A stretch of 64,000 bases of DNA from Eledone cirrhosa (Eukaryota). The number at the start of each line of letters is the position of its first letter. Position 1 is the stretch's first letter. The translations under genes and the position numbers were made by a program. Location: NCBI GenBank assembly GCA_964016885.1, contig OZ024741.1:94550001-94614000 (forward strand). The letters are read 5' to 3'. This document shows positions 56,560 to 64,000 of the stretch, in pieces. The notes under the pieces are model-generated. The model was not told the origin of the DNA and made no database searches. It saw nothing but the letters and a program-made list of their open reading frames with translations.

Positions 56560-58795
56560 AGATAAACAAGCAGCTGAAAAGAAAAGGGTTTGGGGATGTG
56601 CTGAACAACTCCTAATCAACAAAACTGCGATGTCGGAGGTGAGACAACTTAGGAGGAATATGACTTCAGTCTGGCTGGACTACAAGAAAGCTTTCGATTC
56701 TGCTCCCCACTCTTGGATGATACAGGCCCTCCGACTTGCTAAAGTCCCAGACATTATTGTCAGAGCCATAGAGAAGCTGTCTTCTTCTTGGGCTAGTATC
56801 CTAAGGTTAAAGACAGAGAGGGAGGACTCTATTTTCACTGATAAAATAAAATATTGCAGGGGTATATTTCAGGGGGACAGTCTCTCTGTGATATTATTCA
56901 TCTTGTCTTTAAACCCCTTGTCCTTTCTGCTCAAGAAATGTGAGGGATACATCATTGGCTCACAGGAGGACAGAAATACGAACCTAACCCATAACTTCTT
57001 TGTGGACGATCTGAAACTCTATGCCAAGAACATGGATGGGATGAAGAAAAATCTTGACCTGGTTACAATGTTCTCAAAGAATATAGGAATGGAGTTTGGC
57101 CAAGATAAATGCTCATACATGACTGTAAAGCGGGGAAAAACAACAACCCAATCTAGCAACATTGTCATCAATGGTCTAACTGTTTCACCGATATCTGATG
57201 AGGACTGCTACAGATACCTGGGGATAGATGAGAACATATCCTATAATGGTATCTGTAATAAAGAACGCGTAACCAGGGAATACTACACCCGATTAAGAAA
57301 GATCTGGTCATCGGAACTCTCTGCGCAAAACAAAACAGTAGCTCACAATGTGTTTGCTGTGCCTGTCCTAACACCAACGTCTGAAATACTCAATTGGACG
57401 ATAAACGAAATCCGAGCAGTTGATGTTGGAACTCGAAAAATACTGAACAACACCGGAAACTTCCACATCAACAGTGACATAGACCGCCTTTACTTGAAAC
57501 GTAAGCAGGGAGGCAGAGGCCTAACATCAGTCCAGACAACATTTGAATATCGCATCATATCTCTCCGACAACATCTACGAACCTCGAAGCGTAGGAGCCG
57601 CTTCTAGAGCAAGTCTATCTGCATGAAACAGATAAGATCATGAGAGTTGGGAAGGAACTCTTTGAGAGATATTCCCTGTGTGATAATCGAAAACTCACAC
57701 CCAGGGATGTCGCTCAGCAGTATCACAGTGAATCCATGGATGAAAAACTGCATACCTATCAGCAAAATATCATGCATGGATATGTTGCCAGGAAGCTCCA
57801 GAGTGAGAGTAATATAGATAAGGAAAGTAGTCTATCTTGGACCAACAACCGATATATTGGCTCCCACTTTGAAGGATTCGTTTTTGCAATCCAAGAACAG
57901 GAGATTAGCACGAAATACTTGATTCAAAAAAGAGATAGGGATGCAGGCAAAACACCTAGATGTGATAACAAGTGCAGACTCTGCAGAACTAACATCGAGG
58001 ATATCACCCATGTCATCAGCAGCTGTCCAAAGATGTCATCGCGGTACTATCTACCTATGAGGCATGATGTAGTGGCCAAAACACTGTACAATGCAGTTCG
58101 TAAAAAAGATAGCCCCGATAATAAACACATTAAAAGCTACAACAATGTGGAAGACATCCATGTACATAATATGAAAGAGTACTGGTGGAATGTTCCAGTA
58201 AAAACCCCAATAAAATGCAGGCATAACAGACCAGATATTATGATATGGGACAGGGAGAAGAAAACATGCACAGTAGTGGAAATTAGCTGCCCAGCAGATG
58301 CCAAGATAATATCAAAGATTAGTGAAAAGGAGAATATTTATGCAGAACTGATGAGAAATCTGCAGATACTCCACCCTGATTACACCTTCTGATTTATGCC
58401 TGTGGTTATTGGGGCACTGGGGTATGTTAGTAACTGCCTCAATACAAATCTTGAGAAGCTAGGTTTCACAGGAACAGAAAGAACACAACTAGTTAGGAAA
58501 CTACAAGTACAATCCATTAATGGAACAGTAAAAATATGTAAAACATTCCAAAAATGTTGCATCTAATAACTGCATATACACATGTACAGATACAAAACAT
58601 ATACACATGCACACATATAACTCAAAACATCCACATCCACACATACAATAACATCCATATCTACACATGCATGCATACATACATATCTACCTAGTTGATG
58701 TTGTGTAAATTCCAATGAGAGAGTATTGTGTCTATGTTAGAAACCGACTCTCTCTCTATTGGTAAAACTTTGTGAAATTATAAAACCAGAAGAAC
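56560..58795 (+). mobile_element. R4/Dong-like RLE non-LTR retrotransposon, 5'-truncated
   Basis: RT 56630-57607, CCHC-RHD-RPDI-EISCP RLE 57640-58566 with in-frame stops; (TACA)n on both sides. Confidence 0.93.
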
Positions 58796-58867
58796 ATACA
58801 TACATACATACATACATACATACATACATACATACATACATACATACATACATACATACATACATAC

Positions 58868-59782
58868 TTGGATACATACATATGGAAGATCCTATTCAAT
58901 GTTCAAACAAGATGAAAAAATTGACCAATTTACAGAAAAAGTTGTGCATGGATACTTGAGACGTAAAACACAGACCATAGAGGGTATAAACCACTCAAAA
59001 AGCCTGGCATGGAGTTCCGACAAGTTTATGACATCACACCTTGAGGGATATTTCTATGCAATACAGGAACAAGAACTCCCTACCAAATATCTACTGCACA
59101 AAAGAGGAGTGCCATCAGCTGACAATAAATGTAGGCTATGTAAAATAAAGATCGAAGATGTAAGCCACATTGTTGCCAGCTGCGAAAGAATGTCATCTCG
59201 CTACTACCTCCCCATGACACACGATGGGATAGCTAGAACCATCTGGAACGCACTTCGGAAAACAAAATTAACAACAAACGAGGAGGAATATATTGAGACA
59301 GATGGCACTAAGGAATACTGGTGGAACCTGAAAATAAAAACTGCCACCAAATTAAAGCACAACCGGCCTGATATTGTTGTTTGGGACCACACATTGAAAA
59401 CGTGTTCTGTTGTGGAGATCAGCTGCCCACTTGATGTAAACGTTGTCAGAAAAATACAGGAGAAGGAGGACATCTACGGACCATTGATGAGGAGTTTACA
59501 AATCCAGTATCCAAGATACACCTTTAGCTTCATACCCATCATTATTGGTGCTACGGGTTATATACCAACCCGCTTGAACCAAAGTATGACTGAACTTGGA
59601 TTTGCGGATAAAGAGCGCAGCTCCCTAATTCATAGTCTACAAATGGCTGCGATAGCTGGCACCTTCAAAATTTGCAAAACATTCTTGCGATTCAAGGGAT
59701 GACAATTTCTTTTCTTTTACAACCTTGCCACCAGGAAGGTGGCCCGTCAAAAAATATACTCGAAATTAAGAGAAAGAGATAA
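58868..59782 (+). mobile_element. Second R4/Dong-like family, 3' fragment (CCHC plus RLE)
   Basis: CRLC...EDVSHIVASC, HNRPDIVVWD...VVEISCP, IPIIIGATG; (TACA)n on both sides. Confidence 0.9.
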
Positions 59783-59852
59783 CATACATACATACATACA
59801 TACATACATACATACATACATACATACATACATACATACATACATACATACA

Positions 59853-60382
59853 TGATGGCTGCAACTCGATTTCGAGCAATGCCATCGCTTGACACTTAAG
59901 CATGAACATCACAGACATGGCGTTTTAGTCGTACTAGGGACTTGACTATGGCCAGCAATACCATGCATTGCAAAATATGTCACATATCAAGCGATGCCTG
60001 TGCTTGAAGCTTTTTTAAGTGAGGAAAGGCTGTGCACGAGACCATTCCTACTCACTGAACATCGAATGCATTTGCCCAAAAAGAATTGGTCTACATCATT
60101 GGATACAAAAGAAGTCGCAGGTTTTATATCAGAATGACCTTCTTTTAGAGAGATGTCTTGATGAAGACTAGGAGTCTCTCGCTCCACACAAAAAAAATAC
60201 TTTATTGGATGGCCGTTGACTCTCCTGAGTTCCTCCGCCCTATGACGGGTTTTGTTTTTCATCCCACCGGGTGTCCAAAATCACCCTCCTCAGCAAGCAA
60301 ATTTGGTGGCATTGCCAGTTTAGTCGCGGATGACCCGACCACGTACAGGTTGCACTGGGTTACATGTTACCAGTACTGGGTT
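59853..60382 (-). mobile_element. RTE-related 5' UTR/SINE-like element
   Basis: Homologous to 37515-37990 and 11884-12225; embedded in (TACA)n. Confidence 0.6.
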
Positions 60383-60621
60383 ATATACATACATACACAC
60401 ATACATACATACATACATACATACATACATACATACATACATACATACATACACACATACATACATACATAGACACATACATACATACATAGACACATAC
60501 ATAGTTACCTACATACATACATACATGCATGCATACATACATACATGCATACATACGTACATAGATACGTACATACATATTTACATACATACACACATAC
60601 ATACATACATACATACATACA

Positions 60622-60655
<34 letters not shown>

Positions 60656-60883
60656 CATACATAAATAGCAGGATTTTCCAAGTCTTCTAACTTTAGGAAA
60701 ATAAAGGGATTGGGCCCACTAATTTTGAAAACAATAAACGGCTAAAAACATTTTCCGTGATTATAATAAGCGACTTCCATTGTATATACATTTCTCTTCC
60801 TGCCTCACTTTCTCTCTCTTTAAACGTACATACATATACACCTCTTGCATACTGCTGCTCTCTATCTATACACACACAGACAC

Positions 60884-60960
<77 letters not shown>

Positions 60961-61125
60961 AGATCAAAATATGGTTAAAAGAGTTCCAAGTATTTTATAA
61001 AATACTTGGAACTCTTTTAACCATCTTTTGATCTTATATTATTTATACGCCAGTCCTACAAACTGTAGAGTGCTACTTATCCGATATTTGCATTGCTTTA
61101 TTGTGCTACAATAAAACTCACCTCC

Positions 61126-61189
<64 letters not shown>

Positions 61190-61224
61190 CATACACATAT
61201 ATATACACTTAAATAAAATAAAAC

Positions 61225-61505
61225 ATGTTTCGCTCTACATGGCTGAATACAATAAATGTAATCTGAGTTTGTCGAATATTAATAACAACATTCGATTCGT
61301 TTGCAATTATGCAAACAAGCCTCATTTTTAACGCCATGTCAGTAGAATTAACCCTTCATTCTTGCTCTTGTGTTGGCATATGAACAGAAGAGCAAGAATG
61401 AAGGGTTAATTCGACTGACATGGCGTTAAAAATGAGGCTTGTTTGCATAATTGCAAACGAATCGAATGTTGTTATTAATATTCGAAAAACTCAGATTACA
61501 TTTAT
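61225..61505. repeat. Fold-back of the 28027-family tail
   Basis: 61252-61369 is the near-perfect reverse complement of 61388-61505. Confidence 0.85.
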
Positions 61506-61512
61506 ATAAACA

Positions 61513-61557
<45 letters not shown>

Positions 61558-61570
61558 ATACACACACATA

Positions 61571-61620
<50 letters not shown>

Positions 61621-61708
61621 TACATATATATACATAAATATACATACATATATATATATATATATGTACATAAATATATACATACATATATATATATACA
61701 TATATATG

Positions 61709-61743
<35 letters not shown>

Positions 61744-62210
61744 ATTATATAATCCAAACGCCTCCTTACTTTATACATCTCCTTAAACCAGAAGAAGAAC
61801 TATAATGGCTATATTTTCGTGCCAAACGAAATGTCAAACGATCGCTGACATCTCTCACGACCTTCATTATTGTTTTGAAATGCTTCCTTTCCAGTCACAG
61901 ACCAAACTCTACTGAAATTCTGACTGAAACATCAACCAAATAGAAACAACTTACATCACACTGATTTTTTTGTGTGTATGTGTGTATATGTGTGTGTGTC
62001 TGTGGTCGTTAGAAGTTGTATCTAATTCACACAGTCCGCATATTTTACTAACGTCCAATGGCTCTTCAAACCGGAAGTGAGTGGACTTCTATTATTTTCG
62101 TAGATTCCAGAACTTGCTAAGACATCTGATTAAGAAAACGATAAAAAATGTAAATGTTTTATATTTTTTTGTCATTCATTTTACTTTTATCTATATTTGT
62201 ACTTAAGTTC

Positions 62211-62268
62211 TAGTAGTAGTAGTAGTAGTAGTAGTAATAGTAGTAGTAGTGGTGGTGGTGGTGATGTA

Positions 62269-62315
<47 letters not shown>

Positions 62316-62435
62316 CAGTAGTAGTAGTAGTAATTAGTAATAGTGGTGGTGGTGGTGATGGAGGTAGTAGTAGTGGTGGTGGTGGTGGTGGTGGTGGAGG
62401 TGGTGGTGGTGGTAGTGGTGGTGGTGATGTAGGTG

Positions 62436-62470
<35 letters not shown>

Positions 62471-62513
62471 GGTGGTGGTAGTAGTAGTTATAGTAGTAGT
62501 AGTAATAATGGTG

Positions 62514-62547
<34 letters not shown>

Positions 62548-62548
62548 G
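62211..62548. repeat. (TAG)n/(TGG)n microsatellite
   Basis: Visible directly. Confidence 0.95.
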
Positions 62549-63754
62549 GGTATTTTCTAAGTATTCTGGTAGAAGTCGGTATAGTGTTGTCCTCAATGGT
62601 GGTGCTGGCGTAATGTCCTTAGTACGCTAGTAATTGTACTTAGAGACGGAAAATAAGTGAACAGAGGCACCTGCAAGAAACCGAACTGAACATCTTTCAG
62701 ATGCCTGTCACCTCTCCCCTTTTTTCCGTCTCAAGGGGAACTTTACACGACTTTCTCAATGGCCATTGATAGCTAACTGCTTTAGCCATAGACCCACGCA
62801 GTACTGATGTTGGGATATAAACCACCTATTTTTCTACTAGCTAACAGTTATATAATCGACGCGACCATTAGCACCAAAAACATCACGTGTATGTGCAATC
62901 TATCTCTTCCATGTGTTTATAAAGAACAATTTAGATTTGATTCAACACAAATGGGCATAATAATAGTCGACTGCTATAGATAATAGTTGAGAAAATCAGG
63001 TAAAGTTCTCCTTGAGACGGAAGAGGGTGAAGAGGTGATAGGCATCCGAAAGATGCTCAGTTCGATTTCTTGCAGGCGCCTGTTACCTTTTTCCCCCTCT
63101 CCAAGGAAACTTTACTCGATTTTCTCAACTATTATCTAAAATAAATTGCCTCACGTTAGGCGACCGCATTACTGATTAGACGAGCCAACGAGTGTCCACA
63201 CCAAAATGATGGATATCGACTCCTACTCCCACCCCCCATCGATCGATGGGATCGCCCAGGGAGGCGATTGAACTTTTGATAATAACTTGAGATAACACAT
63301 AAGAAATGGAAATACAATAAAATACAATTTCTGATTTATATATAATTATTCTTTACTGTCTATAGATTTTCTTTACCGATTTATATATTTACTTGTTTGT
63401 TTTTATACATACCTGGGATCGATGAGAAGTGAAAGGATTCCATGAAGAGTTCGATGGTCTAAAATATTTGGAGATCCTTATTCTATGTGGTCTACCATAT
63501 TTCTTCGCCTGTCACATCACTACATGTCTTTATTTCTTTAGACAGGCTTCGTCCACACACAACATTCACACTTATTGTCAAGCTTGACTTAACTTTCTGT
63601 AAATGGGAACCTCCAAAATGACCAACAATTGGTTCATAACTTGGTTATTGCTGCTTAGACCCATGTTAATATGATTGTGTGTGAGTTGGGCCTCTGTCGG
63701 TTCCGACGAGTTTCCAGTTGTTCGAACAACGGAACAGCCTGCTTGGGAAATTAA

Positions 63755-63945
63755 TGTGCAAGTGGCTGAACATTCTACAGACACGTGTACTCTTAAGGTA
63801 GTTTTCAAGGAGATTCAGCGTGACTCGGTGAGCGTCAAGGCTGGGGTAACATGAAATAAAGTGCTTTGCTTAAGGACACAACGCGCCGCCAAGAATAGAC
63901 CACACGACTATAAGGTTGTGAGCTGAACATTTTAACCACTCAGCA
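63755..63945 (-). mobile_element. Second tRNA-derived SINE family fragment
   Basis: Minus-strand head GCTGAGTGGTTAA...GGTCTATTC resembles A/B boxes; body ACAGACACGTGTAC...GGAGATTCAGCGTGAC resembles an octopus repeat (recalled, not searched). Confidence 0.55.
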
Positions 63946-64000
63946 GTGGTAATCCTGTTAAGAGTGTCGGACCCCACAATCGGTTGAGAGTAGCAGATAA

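Noticed and set aside
56630-58566. Intact active retrotransposon
   Set aside because: 5'-truncated, with in-frame stops at 57605-57607 and 58390-58392.

Overview
AT-rich, microsatellite-dense animal genomic DNA, most likely an octopod cephalopod (inferred from the tRNA-derived SINE family and repeat content). No intact host gene is recognisable, and almost all listed ORFs are microsatellite translations or antisense frames. The window is a nest of decayed transposons: RLE-type R4/Dong-like non-LTR elements in (TACA)n; several Penelope-like elements (PLEs; RT and GIY-YIG fragments, inverted pseudo-LTRs); RTE and other APE-type LINE fragments; two non-autonomous Helitrons; hAT, piggyBac and Tc1/pogo MITEs; and more than 15 SINE copies. 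The main signal, found by manual folding, is about 25 type I hammerhead-ribozyme (HHR) motifs from roughly 12 unrelated repeat families. They include a U3-A8 core covariant, long-stem-II forms and a ~407-nt HHR-to-HHR retrozyme-like unit. Several sit in a compact TATA-HHR-AATAAA module, and six fold-back junctions fall at the hammerhead core. All structures are by-eye predictions and need computational or biochemical confirmation.
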